Source: Pseudomonadota bacterium
GTDB lineage: Bacteria > Myxococcota_A > Polyangia > Haliangiales > Haliangiaceae
Assembly: GCA_022360315.1 (NCBI GenBank)
Contig: JAKSDA010000576.1
Location: forward strand, 1 to 19,743
Length of the DNA: 19,743 nucleotides
Direction: 5' to 3'
Below, piece by piece: positions 8,795 to 18,200 of this stretch (the stretch's first letter is position 1; the number at the start of each line of letters is the position of its first letter). The notes below the pieces were generated by a model. The model saw only the letters and a list, made by a program, of their open reading frames with translations. It had not been told where the DNA came from and searched no databases. The position numbers were made by a program, and so were the translations under genes.

Positions 8795-10180
8795 TCACAG
8801 ACCGCGCAATCGCTTGATCGAGCGTGCAAACTGCGCGGCTGTCTCCTGACGCCCAAGGTGGGCACCGTTGTTGACTCGCTGCTGTCCAGCGACAAAGACG
8901 TCGCGTACGGCACCGTGAGCGGTGCCGAAGATCCACGCGTCGAGCACTGTGTCGGGCCCGTGACCGACCAGCCGGGGATGATCTGCGTCGAGTGCGACGA
9001 GATCGGCGCGCCGGCCCGGCACCAGTGCGCCGATCGGTTGATCGAGCGCATCGGCGCCCGATCTGGCTGCGCGATCGAACAAAAAACGCCCGACGTGATG
9101 CTCGTCGTTGCCGGTGAGCAGATTGCGCTGCTCTTTGACGAGTCGCTGTCCATACTCCAGAGTGCGAAGCTCATCGATCGCACTGACCGTGACGTGGCTG
9201 TCGCTACCGATGGCCAGCTTGCCCCCCCTGGCCACGAAATCCACCGCCGGAAACACGCCGTCACCGAGATTGGCCTCGGTCGTTGGGCACAGGCCGACCA
9301 CGACCCCGCTGGACGCCAGTAGAGCCACCTCGCCCGGGTCGACATGGGTCGAGTGGACCAGGCACCACCGTTCGTCGAGTTCGTCGCCGAACTGGCCAAC
9401 CAGCCAGCGCACCGGTCGGTCGCCGAGAACTGGCACCGCTTGATCGACCTCGTTTTTTTGCTCGGCGATGTGGATATGAATCGGTGCGCGAGAATCGCGC
9501 GCGCGAATTTCGCTCACCACCTCGCGCAGAGCGTCACCGACTACTGCGCGCAGGCTGTGCGCAGCGAAACCGAGGCGCACGAGCCGGCTCGGCTGTTCCG
9601 GCACTGCCAGCGTTTCGAGGGTGGCGACAAACTCGCCGACCGTGCCGTGAATAAACCGCCGCTGTTCGGCCATGGGCTCGCTGTCAAAGCCTCCTTTCAT
9701 GTACAGTACAGGCAAGAGGGTGAGCCCGATGCCAGCCTTTCGCGCCGCTGCGACGATTCGGTGGCTGGTCTCGGCTCGGTCCGGGTAGGGCGAGCCGTCG
9801 CGATCGTGGTGCAGGTAATGGAACTCTCCCACCGCGGTCATACCGGCTTCCAGCATCTCGACGTAGAGCTGGGCGGCGATGGCCGAAATGTCCTCGGGCT
9901 CGATGGCAAGGGCGAGTCGATACATCTCGACCCGCCAGGTCCAGAACGAGTCGGCGCGGGCAGGATCGGCGCGCTCGGTCAGGCCGACCAGTGCGCGCTG
10001 AAACGCATGGGAATGCACATTGGCCATGCCGGGGATCACCCAGCCATCGAGCCGTACGGTAACCTGGCCGGACGCGCCCCGCTCGACCCGGGTGATCATA
10101 CCGTCGCCATCGACGTGAAGCGTGCCCGGCGACAGCCAGCCGCCGGGCTGATGGAGATGCTCGCACACAATGGTCTGCAT
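8795..10180 (-). CDS. hutF: Formimidoylglutamate deiminase (amidohydrolase superfamily)
   Basis: PGMANVHSHAFQRALVGLTE...SFWTWRVEMY...EMLEAGMTAVGEFHYLHHD closely follows the HutF N-terminal metal-binding region. The HIHIAEQ and GSDSH motifs are typical of the amidohydrolase family. Confidence 0.8.
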   Translation of the reverse strand: MQTIVCEHLHQPGGWLSPGTLHVDGDGMITRVERGASGQVTVRLDGWVIPGMANVHSHAFQRALVGLTERADPARADSFWTWRVEMYRLALAIEPEDISAIAAQLYVEMLEAGMTAVGEFHYLHHDRDGSPYPDRAETSHRIVAAARKAGIGLTLLPVLYMKGGFDSEPMAEQRRFIHGTVGEFVATLETLAVPEQPSRLVRLGFAAHSLRAVVGDALREVVSEIRARDSRAPIHIHIAEQKNEVDQAVPVLGDRPVRWLVGQFGDELDERWCLVHSTHVDPGEVALLASSGVVVGLCPTTEANLGDGVFPAVDFVARGGKLAIGSDSHVTVSAIDELRTLEYGQRLVKEQRNLLTGNDEHHVGRFLFDRAARSGADALDQPIGALVPGRRADLVALDADHPRLVGHGPDTVLDAWIFGTAHGAVRDVFVAGQQRVNNGAHLGRQETAAQFARSIKRLRGL

Positions 10181-10343
10181 CGGCCCAGGATAATGCGCGC
10201 AACCTGTGGGTCAATGGCCGGTTGCCGATCGCGTCGCCCGCCATTCGATCGGCCGCTCATATGTGGGCGCGGCGCGTGGAGAAGAGAGGACCACTGGGTG
10301 TAGCATTGCCGCTCCCGGTCACAACACACGAGGAGTGCAGCGC

Positions 10344-13223
10344 ATGGCCGAACGCGGAAGCCGCAAGATCCCCGTCACGGATCGCCAATTTTTGTGGGTT
10401 CAAGACGACGACAAAGGCGAGGTGATCCTTCACGTCGGACCCACCATGGTGTCGCCGACCGCCGCTGATCGAGTGGTGATCGACGACGGCAACGGCGGGT
10501 TTCGAGAGGATCCCAGCGGGCAACCGCAGCGCATGGTCGAGCTGTCCGATGCGCAATACGCGGTGCTCTACAATCCACTGATCGAAAGCGAGGAGGAGGG
10601 CCCCAACGGCAAGTTCCGGCCCGGTCGCAACGAGTCGCGCGAACTGCGCAACGGGACCCGCAACATGATTCCAGGGCCGTGCAGCTTTTATCTGCGGCCG
10701 GGCCAGCGGGTCGAGATCCGCGACGCCCACGAACTGGCTTCCAATCAGTACCTCGTGGTCAAGGTCTACGGCGAGGTCGACGAGAACGCACCGTATTATG
10801 TAATTACTGCCAAATCGGCCACGATCACGACTGCCACGGCGGAGGAAGTGGCGGGCGGATCGGGCGGAAGCGAGATGAGCGAGGCCGAGATCGGCGATGT
10901 AAGCCTCACCCGGGGCCAGCTCATCGTGATTCGGGGGTTGGACACTCAGTTCTATATTCCGCCCACTGGAGTGGACGTGGTACCCGATCTGTCGGTCGAC
11001 AATCAGGGCAAGGTGCTGAACGCGGCTGCTGCGCGCCGGATCCTGTCGTCGATGCCAGCACCGGCCGCGGCCCTTCCGGTGCCACCGCCTCCGCCCACGG
11101 AGATATCGCCACAGGCCGTGGCCCCGCCGGGCCCGGCCGGTGCCTTGCCGCTCGAGCTGGCAGAGGCCGCCGAGGGCGCGGACAAAGAAGTGGACGAGGC
11201 GCGGCGCAAGCGCAGGCGAGAAAAGCCGATGCGCCAGGCCCGCTACGCCAAGGTCGAACAAGCGGCACGCGTCCGCCACCAGGCTCAGCGCCCTCCTCTT
11301 CAGCCCGAGCCAACCCCGTCCGGGGCCGGGCAGCCGCGCCTGTCCAGCGACGAGATCCAGCAGCTTCTGGCCAGTGATGTACACCGCCGCGCGCTCGAGC
11401 GCGAGGTCAGAAAAATGCGGTTGATCCGCCAGGCTGTGGTGCTCAGCGAAAAGGAGTTTTGCGTGATCATCGATGCCGACGGCAAGCGGCAGATCAAGCG
11501 CGGTCCGGCGCGGGTGTTTCCCGGGCCGTACGACTCGTTCATGACCAAGGGGTCGCGCGACCGCATTTACGATGCCTACGAGCTCTTGCCCCAGCGCGCC
11601 CTGTGGCTGCGTTTCATCGCACCGATCGCCCGCGACAAACTGGCCGCGCTCTTGCCGCGCGGGGTTCATCTGGACACGGAGGTGTATCAGCCGGGCGATG
11701 AATTCATTTTGACCGGGGTCAATTCGTTTTTCTTTCCGTTTAACGAGGTCGAGATTCTCCACCCACTCAACGGCCAGCCCCACGTCGGCAATGATCACTC
11801 CGAGATCTTCATCGAGGCTATCGGTATCGATCAGAAGAGCGGCATTTACGTGCGCGACCTGGCCACCGGGGAGGTTCGCACGGTGCGCGGCAAGCAGTCA
11901 TATCTGGTCGACCCCCGCAAAGAAGTCCATATTACCCGCACCATTTCGTCCGACGACTGGAATTTGTGGATCGCGCTCGGCGAGCCACACAAACTCACCG
12001 ACGAACCGGTGACCACGCCGTGGGCCATCTCGATCACGGTACCGCACAACAATGCAGTGCTGGCCACGTCGGCCGATGGCCAGCGAGTGATCGAGGGGCC
12101 GTGCGTCGAGCTGCTCGAGTACGAGGAGACGCTGGTGCCAATGGCTCTGTCCACCGGCCGGCCCAAGAGCGCGAGGCATCCATTGCGCACGTGCTTTTTG
12201 CGCACAGTGGGCAACCGGGTGTCCGACATGGTCACCCTGGAAACCGCCGATTTCGTCAAAGTAGATGCCGAGGTGAGTTACCAGGTCAACTTCGACCTGC
12301 AGTTCAAAGACCGCTGGTTCAATCACGAGAACTACGTCGGCGTGCTCTGCGATCACCTTCGTTCGCTGGTGCGAAGTCGAGCCCGCCAGATGGCTCTCAA
12401 CGAAATTTGGCCCAATATCTCGAGCGTCATTCGAGACGCGGTCCTCGGTGAAAAAACCGCGGAGGGCCGCCAGGGCCGACTATTTGACGAAAACGGCATG
12501 CGGGTCACCGAGGTCGAGGTACTCTCGTCCGAGATATTGGACAAAGAGATCGCCGTTTTGCTCGAAAGTGTGCAGCGCGAGTCAGTTGCCCTGGTCATCG
12601 GCGACCGCCAGATATCCGAGCAGTTGCGCTCGGAGAAGCTGCGCCACGACATCGAACGCGAGCGCCAGGAAATGAAACGCGAGGCCACGGAACGCAAGGC
12701 CTCGCTCGACGAGCTTTTGCGCAAGCTGACCCAGGAGGCCGGGCTGGCCGAGTTGCGCGGCAGGGAAGCGACCGAGCGCGAAGCTGCCGAGCTGGCCGCC
12801 GGCCGCGAGCAGATCATCCTGGACAGCACCTTGGCCCGGGAAAAGTCGCAAAACGACGCCCACATCGCCCGGCAACGCGATGCCACCACGGCCAAGGTCG
12901 ATATGAACCGTCTCGCCCACGAAGAGGAGCAGGCTTACCGGCAAGCTCTGACAAACATCGAGATGCAGCGCATCGAGGTGCAGAGCAAGGCCACTGTGGC
13001 CGAGCGGCAGGCGATTCAGCCCGCCCTGGTCGAGGCGCTCACTGCGCTGGGCGACAAGATCATGCTCGGTGAAGTGGCCAGGAACATGAACCTGGTCAGC
13101 CTGTTCAAGGGCAAAGACATCGCCCACATCTTCGCCGACGTGCTCGGCGGCACCAAGCTGGGTCGCACCATCGCGGCCCAGTTACCGAAAAAGCCCGACA
13201 ATGACGGGGGTGACGGTGTCTGA
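10344..13223 (+). CDS. Major vault protein (MVP) homologue: N-terminal MVP repeats, band-7/SPFH-like shoulder, cap-helix coiled coil, cap-ring tail; contains a Pro-rich/basic insertion
   Basis: ATG 10344 is preceded by GAGGAG. Several segments align by eye to human MVP: GIYVRDLATGEVRTVRG (MVP GIYVQDVKTGKVRAV-G), ISITVPHNNAVL (VSYRVPHNAAVQ), LSTGRPKSARHPLR (LSAGRPKRPHARR) and TLETADFVKVD (TIETADHARLQ). A ~200-aa E/R/K/Q-rich heptad region follows, and the C-terminus is ...LFKGKDIAHIFADVLGGTKLG. The N-terminus carries multiple ~50-aa beta-rich repeats (KIPVTDRQFLWVQDDDKGEVILHVGPTMV...). Confidence 0.88.
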   Translation: MAERGSRKIPVTDRQFLWVQDDDKGEVILHVGPTMVSPTAADRVVIDDGNGGFREDPSGQPQRMVELSDAQYAVLYNPLIESEEEGPNGKFRPGRNESRELRNGTRNMIPGPCSFYLRPGQRVEIRDAHELASNQYLVVKVYGEVDENAPYYVITAKSATITTATAEEVAGGSGGSEMSEAEIGDVSLTRGQLIVIRGLDTQFYIPPTGVDVVPDLSVDNQGKVLNAAAARRILSSMPAPAAALPVPPPPPTEISPQAVAPPGPAGALPLELAEAAEGADKEVDEARRKRRREKPMRQARYAKVEQAARVRHQAQRPPLQPEPTPSGAGQPRLSSDEIQQLLASDVHRRALEREVRKMRLIRQAVVLSEKEFCVIIDADGKRQIKRGPARVFPGPYDSFMTKGSRDRIYDAYELLPQRALWLRFIAPIARDKLAALLPRGVHLDTEVYQPGDEFILTGVNSFFFPFNEVEILHPLNGQPHVGNDHSEIFIEAIGIDQKSGIYVRDLATGEVRTVRGKQSYLVDPRKEVHITRTISSDDWNLWIALGEPHKLTDEPVTTPWAISITVPHNNAVLATSADGQRVIEGPCVELLEYEETLVPMALSTGRPKSARHPLRTCFLRTVGNRVSDMVTLETADFVKVDAEVSYQVNFDLQFKDRWFNHENYVGVLCDHLRSLVRSRARQMALNEIWPNISSVIRDAVLGEKTAEGRQGRLFDENGMRVTEVEVLSSEILDKEIAVLLESVQRESVALVIGDRQISEQLRSEKLRHDIERERQEMKREATERKASLDELLRKLTQEAGLAELRGREATEREAAELAAGREQIILDSTLAREKSQNDAHIARQRDATTAKVDMNRLAHEEEQAYRQALTNIEMQRIEVQSKATVAERQAIQPALVEALTALGDKIMLGEVARNMNLVSLFKGKDIAHIFADVLGGTKLGRTIAAQLPKKPDNDGGDGV

Positions 13224-13282
13224 GCCGAAACCTGCCGCTGCGTGCACAGATCGAATGGCCTAGCCGGAGGACGAAAGAGCCC

Positions 13283-13849
13283 ATGAAGTCACTTGCAAAA
13301 CAGACAGCGCTGATCATCATCGACGTTCAAAAAGGCTTCAACGATCCGGTGTGGGGTCGCCGCAACAATCCACACGCCGAGCAAAATATCGCCGCGTTAC
13401 TCACTGCCTGGCGCGAGACAGGGCGTCCGATCTTTCACGTCCAGCACCTCTCACGCGATCCCACCTCGCCGCTTCGGCCCGATCAAAGCGGCTGCGAGAT
13501 CAAGGATCTGGTCCGCCCTGCAGCCGGAGAGCCGGTGATTCAAAAAGAGGTGAACAGTGGATTTATCGGTACCGATCTGGAAGACCAACTCAGACAAGAA
13601 ACGATCGAAACTGTGGTTGTTACCGGCCTGACCACAAACCACTGTGTGTCGACAACCGTGCGCATGGCGGCGAACCTGGGTTTCGACACCCACGTTGTCT
13701 CCGATGCCACAGCCGCATTTGATCGCGACGGACCCGATGGCAGGCAGTATCCGGCCGAGCAGATTCACGACATCTCTCTGGCCAATTTGCACGGCGAATT
13801 CGCCACCGTCCTGGCGACCGAGGATGTGCTTGGCCTGCTCGACGACTGA
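13283..13849 (+). CDS. Isochorismatase-family cysteine hydrolase
   Basis: ALIIIDVQKGF...VVVTGLTTNHCVSTTVRMAANLGFDTHVVSDA gives the catalytic Asp, Lys and Cys triad context of the isochorismatase/CSHase family. It lies 60 nt downstream of the MVP gene on the same strand. Confidence 0.85.
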   Translation: MKSLAKQTALIIIDVQKGFNDPVWGRRNNPHAEQNIAALLTAWRETGRPIFHVQHLSRDPTSPLRPDQSGCEIKDLVRPAAGEPVIQKEVNSGFIGTDLEDQLRQETIETVVVTGLTTNHCVSTTVRMAANLGFDTHVVSDATAAFDRDGPDGRQYPAEQIHDISLANLHGEFATVLATEDVLGLLDD

Positions 13850-14138
13850 CGACGGCAGCCTGCTCGCCTGGCCAATCTCGCGCGCTGCCGGTACAGCTGT
13901 GAGATTGCTCCACGGCGAGTCCGCGCCCCCGTCGTCGGCGTGGATGTATCCCTGGACAGCACCCGGTGACCTGCACGATGAGCTTATCGCGTCTTCGATG
14001 AGCCTGTCGACGAGGCGATGCGAGCCCAGTGCGACCACTTGTCAATAGAGCGCCAGCGGGGAGTCGTGGTGCTCGGCGACATCCATGCACGCCATGGTAG
14101 CCGATCGCCACCCTTCGGGTGAGCTCTGACGACCGTAC

Positions 14139-15239
14139 TCAGGGCTGCTGAACAAAGCCGCGCACTTCGGGACCCCAGCTCGCCGGGTCGTTGGCCCAGC
14201 GCGGCGCGGTCCCGGGGGCGACCAGGACCGTGGAACCGAACACGGCAATCGACGGAAGATTGCTGGGTCCGGTGTCCGGGCGCAATTTGGTCACCGCGCC
14301 TGCCGGCAGCTCGATGACCTCGATGTTGTATTCGCTACTGTGGACGGGGCGGTCAAAGACGCGCAGCGCCACGAGGGCCCGCCGGCCCGGAACGCCGATG
14401 AGCTTCACCCCATCGTAGCCCTGGAATTTGACCATGGAGGCGCCGCCACCCGAGCGCGCGTCCACGAGCATCAGGCCACTGGGAGCATAAGCCGCGACGA
14501 TCGCCCCGTCACCAGTGACTCCGACGGCGAGCCGGTCAAGGAATCCGTGACCCGGTGTCCACGGGGTGCGCCAGCGCTCCTTCAGGGTGTTGCCATCGAT
14601 GGCGATGACGTGGCCCTTGGCCTCCTCCGGAGCGCTGCCCGGGGTCTCGCCCGAGAGAAAGAGCACGTCGTCGGTGGGACTGGCCGCAGCGGCGAAGCGA
14701 AAGATCTCCCGGTTGGACAGGGTACGGCTGGCCAGGACGCTTGGCGGGACTTTCGGGGCCAGGCTGACCAGCTCCAGGGTGAGGGACTTGCCCTCCTCGT
14801 GCAGCACCACGACCCGGTCGCGACTGGCCCCCAGCCGGTAGCCCCGCCAGCGGGCGTAATCGCCGCCGGCCGGTCCCAGGGGGATGGCCAGATCCGGGCG
14901 AGCGGTCGAGCGCAGCACCGGGTGGGTCAGGTCCTCAGCGGTCACGTAAGCCACCTCGCCGCTGTTGTCCGGGCCGGCGACCACGTTGCCGCGGGCGCGG
15001 GCCACCACCTCGCCGGTGGACCGCTCGATCACCTTGATCACTGGCGACATCCGGGGCTCGCCGACAAAGATCAACTCGGCCGCCAAAAAGCGCCCGTCGG
15101 GCGATGCCCACAGGCCGGCGGCCCCGCGGGCGGGCCCGTAGTCTGTCACCGCCAGGTCGAGTTTGGACATGGATGATTTGCCACTGCACGAGTGCGACCC
15201 ATAGGCCGCGACCAGTGCCATGGAGATGACGATAGGCAT
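14139..15239 (-). CDS. Secreted (possibly lipo-)protein, beta-rich, hypothetical; downstream partner of the DUF4157 giant gene
   Basis: The preferred start at 15239 gives MPIVISMALVAAYGSHSCSG, a signal peptide. The longer ORF starting at 15296 would overlap the upstream gene. The sequence has repeated beta-strand-like segments and I recognise no motif. It lies 46 nt downstream of the DUF4157 gene. Confidence 0.5.
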   Translation of the reverse strand: MPIVISMALVAAYGSHSCSGKSSMSKLDLAVTDYGPARGAAGLWASPDGRFLAAELIFVGEPRMSPVIKVIERSTGEVVARARGNVVAGPDNSGEVAYVTAEDLTHPVLRSTARPDLAIPLGPAGGDYARWRGYRLGASRDRVVVLHEEGKSLTLELVSLAPKVPPSVLASRTLSNREIFRFAAAASPTDDVLFLSGETPGSAPEEAKGHVIAIDGNTLKERWRTPWTPGHGFLDRLAVGVTGDGAIVAAYAPSGLMLVDARSGGGASMVKFQGYDGVKLIGVPGRRALVALRVFDRPVHSSEYNIEVIELPAGAVTKLRPDTGPSNLPSIAVFGSTVLVAPGTAPRWANDPASWGPEVRGFVQQP

Positions 15240-15285
15240 GAACGCGCCGCCAGATGATGCTCTGGCGGGGTTTGGAGCAGTGCTA

Positions 15286-18200
15286 CTACAGTCCATGTAT
15301 CTTCTTCAACGCGTCATAGCGGTCCTGGTGTAAACCGTCGAGATCCCAGTCGAGATTACCGACCTTTTTGATGATGGCCTTCACCTCGGATTTGTCGGCG
15401 CTCTCCAGGATGGACACGATGAGCTCCTGGGCATTGTCGCCGGTGCGCCCGCTGGCCATGCGCTCCACCCAGTGGATCTTGGTCGATTGGCTCATGACTC
15501 GAAAGTAGCCCTTGTCCTTGAGTACTCCGGTCATCTGCGCGCTCTCGGCGCCGTCGATCTTGGACCAAAATTGGCCATAACCGATGTTGTCGACAATGGA
15601 CTTGACATCGCCGTCGGCGCTCGATTCGACGATGCGGATAATGGCCGCTTCGTCGTCGTTGCCGCAGGATCCGTCCATGAGCGTCGTGATCCACTCTGTC
15701 TTGGTGGCCAGGTCCGCAGTCAGGTGCCGCTCCGCGTCCACGGCTGCGCGCACCCCGTCATCATCCATGCGCACCGCATCGAAGCGCTCCTGGTGCGAGC
15801 CGGTGAGATCCCAGTCGAGGCTGGTGCTGCCGACTTTGTCGACGATGGCCTTGGCCTCGGCCGGGCTGGAGCTCTCCAGGATGGCCATGATGAGCTCTTG
15901 GGCGTTGGTGTTGGTGCGCGCGCTGGACATGCGCTGTACCCAGTCGATCTTGGTCTCCAGACTCATGGAGCGAAAGTAGCCCTTGTCCTTGAGCACCCCG
16001 GTCATCTGCGCGCTCTCGGCGCCGTCGATCTTGGACCAGAATTTATCGTAGCCGATGCCGTCGACGATAGTCTTGACATCGCCGGGCAGGCTCGACTGGA
16101 TGATGCGGATGATGGCCGCCTCGTCGTCGTCGCCGCAGGATCCGGCCATGAGCGTGGTGATCCACGCCTGCTTTTGCTCCGAATTCAGGTCGATGTGCTC
16201 GCTCAGGGCGACCGCGGCGCGCACTCCGTTGTCGTCCATGTGGGCAGACGTCTCGGGGCTCTTGCTCAGGACCTTGCTGCACAGGGTGTTCCACTCGGCG
16301 CCGTCGATGCCCGAGTCGAGGTAGTCGATGCCCTTGGCGACGTCGCCATTGCCCAGTTGTTTGACGATGGTGACCATGTTGGGGACCGTGGCCGTGTCGA
16401 GCATCTCGATGATCGCCCGCTCCTCGTCGTCGGCGCACGAGCCAGACACGAGAAACTGGATGGCCTTGTGCCTCTGCTCGGTGGTCAGGGTGGCCAGGGC
16501 TCCCTCGGCCCGGGCCTTCCTGTAGTATTCCATGGCGTTGTCGTCGGCGTTGATATTCTCCGCTCGTTGTGGTTCAGCGTCCGGGTCTTGGTTACCAGCG
16601 TGGACGGGCTCGCGGGTGTCGGGGACGTAGTTGATGACTGCTTCAAACGTGGTAATGACTTTGCTCTGGTCGCCCTTGAGGAGGGCAAGCACACCTTTCT
16701 TTAGCGCCTCGTCCTTGTACTCCTCATCCATCTGTATCTCTTTGCCGAGCTCGTCCGCCTTGTTGTTGGCGAATACGCGCAGAGCTTCTCTCATCGTGCC
16801 GTCTCGGAGCAGCTCATCGACGGTCTCCCGTTGCCACTTGGGAGTCTCGGCCTGGCCCGGTGCGCTATCTGGCAGCGCCTTGGGCCACAATTGCTCGGCG
16901 CGAAATAGGCCGTCTGACAGGTTGAGAGCCGCCACCACAGCGTCGGGATCCTGGCCGGCCTTGCCCATGGCATGGGCGTCGTGAATGTCTTTGAGGCTCA
17001 CCTTGACCGCCGCCGCCGCCAGCTTGCCCGTCTCTATTCCACGGGTCTTGGGGGCGTCATTTTTGTCGAGTACCTCGCCGTCACCAAATAGCTTGACGAT
17101 CTGGTCGCCCACCTGCACGTCGACCCCGGTTTGGTTGTCCATGTCGTGGACCGCGCCGGAGATGACGTTGCCAAACGTCAAATTGGGTATGCCCTTATCT
17201 TGGAGCGTCTTCGCGATTGTCGTGCGCCCCTCGCGCCACATATAGTTAACTGTGACCAAGTCACCGCGCCAGTTATTCTCGTCGATATACCTGGCGATCC
17301 GCTCGGCCATCCACCAGTGCAAGTTGGTCCAGAACATGGGCACCCGCTCGTTCCACCAGTGTTCGATGGACACCCGCTCGGTGCGCACGTGTCCACCCGA
17401 ATAGGCGTCGGTGAGGAAGTGACTGGCAAAGGCCTCGTGGAGCAGAGCTCTGTCTCTGCGGTCACCCGACTTGCCGGCCTCGGCGGCGGCCTTGATGGCA
17501 TCGATGTGGTTTTTCCGGTAGCTGCCCGCGTTGTTGACCGGCTCTCCTGCCTTGTCCCGCTTGTTGGCCCGTTGCTCGTGGGTCAGCGCATCGTCGCCGC
17601 GCTCGGAGTTGGTGAAGTGGGTCGGGTTGAACGAGGCCATCTCGTAATAGCGCTTCTTGACGGTCCTGCGCAGGTCGGCGCCAAACGACTCCTCCTCGTC
17701 CTCGTGGCCCTGCACCTCGACCCGCAGTACATAGAGGATTTCGTCTCGGGTGCCGGGACAGTTCTTGCCGTCGCCCGGCTTGCCGGCGAGCTCCTCGATC
17801 TGGGCGACGCTCTTGAAGTAGTCGCCGGCCGTGGCGGTGATGTCGCCAAAGCTGACCTCAAAGCCCGGGCTCAGCTCGATCTTGGCGTTTCCCGACCCCG
17901 CATCGCCCATCTTCTTGTGCTCGTTGGACTCGAACCGCTGGATGACGGCCTTCTTTTGCGTGGCCGAGCCGCCTGACTGCAGCCCTGATGTGGGGGCGCC
18001 CGCGGCCGACTGGGCGCCCGCCCCCTTGCCCTGGGCCGCCCTGGCACCCATCTGGTCCGCCTCTCGCTCCAGAGAGGCGTCGTCGTTGACCGCCACTCCA
18101 TCGACCTGGGTGGTCACCGCGACCCTGCCCTGGCTCTGCTGTACCACGTGAGCCAATTCGTGGCCGAGAAGCTCCTGTCCCGCCGGGCTGTGGGGCTGAT

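Noticed and set aside
10679-11377. 232-aa R/G/P-rich ORF and other alternative-frame ORFs inside the MVP gene
   Set aside because: They are frame artefacts of a GC-rich coding region. The MVP frame has clear homology.
13451-14111. Two minus-strand ORFs (195 and 163 aa)
   Set aside because: They are antisense to the clearly recognisable isochorismatase-family gene and have no motifs.
15289-16560. Possible CRISPR array because of direct repeats
   Set aside because: The repeats are ~465 bp, protein-coding and in-frame, with no short repeat-spacer periodicity. This is an intragenic tandem duplication.
15472-16704. 410-aa + strand ORF with internally repeated sequence
   Set aside because: It is the antisense shadow of the DUF4157 gene. 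Its repetitiveness only mirrors the tandem duplication on the coding strand.
17131-17976. 281-aa + strand ORF
   Set aside because: It is antisense to the DUF4157 gene and its composition is Gly/Val/Ala/Leu-rich shadow-frame.
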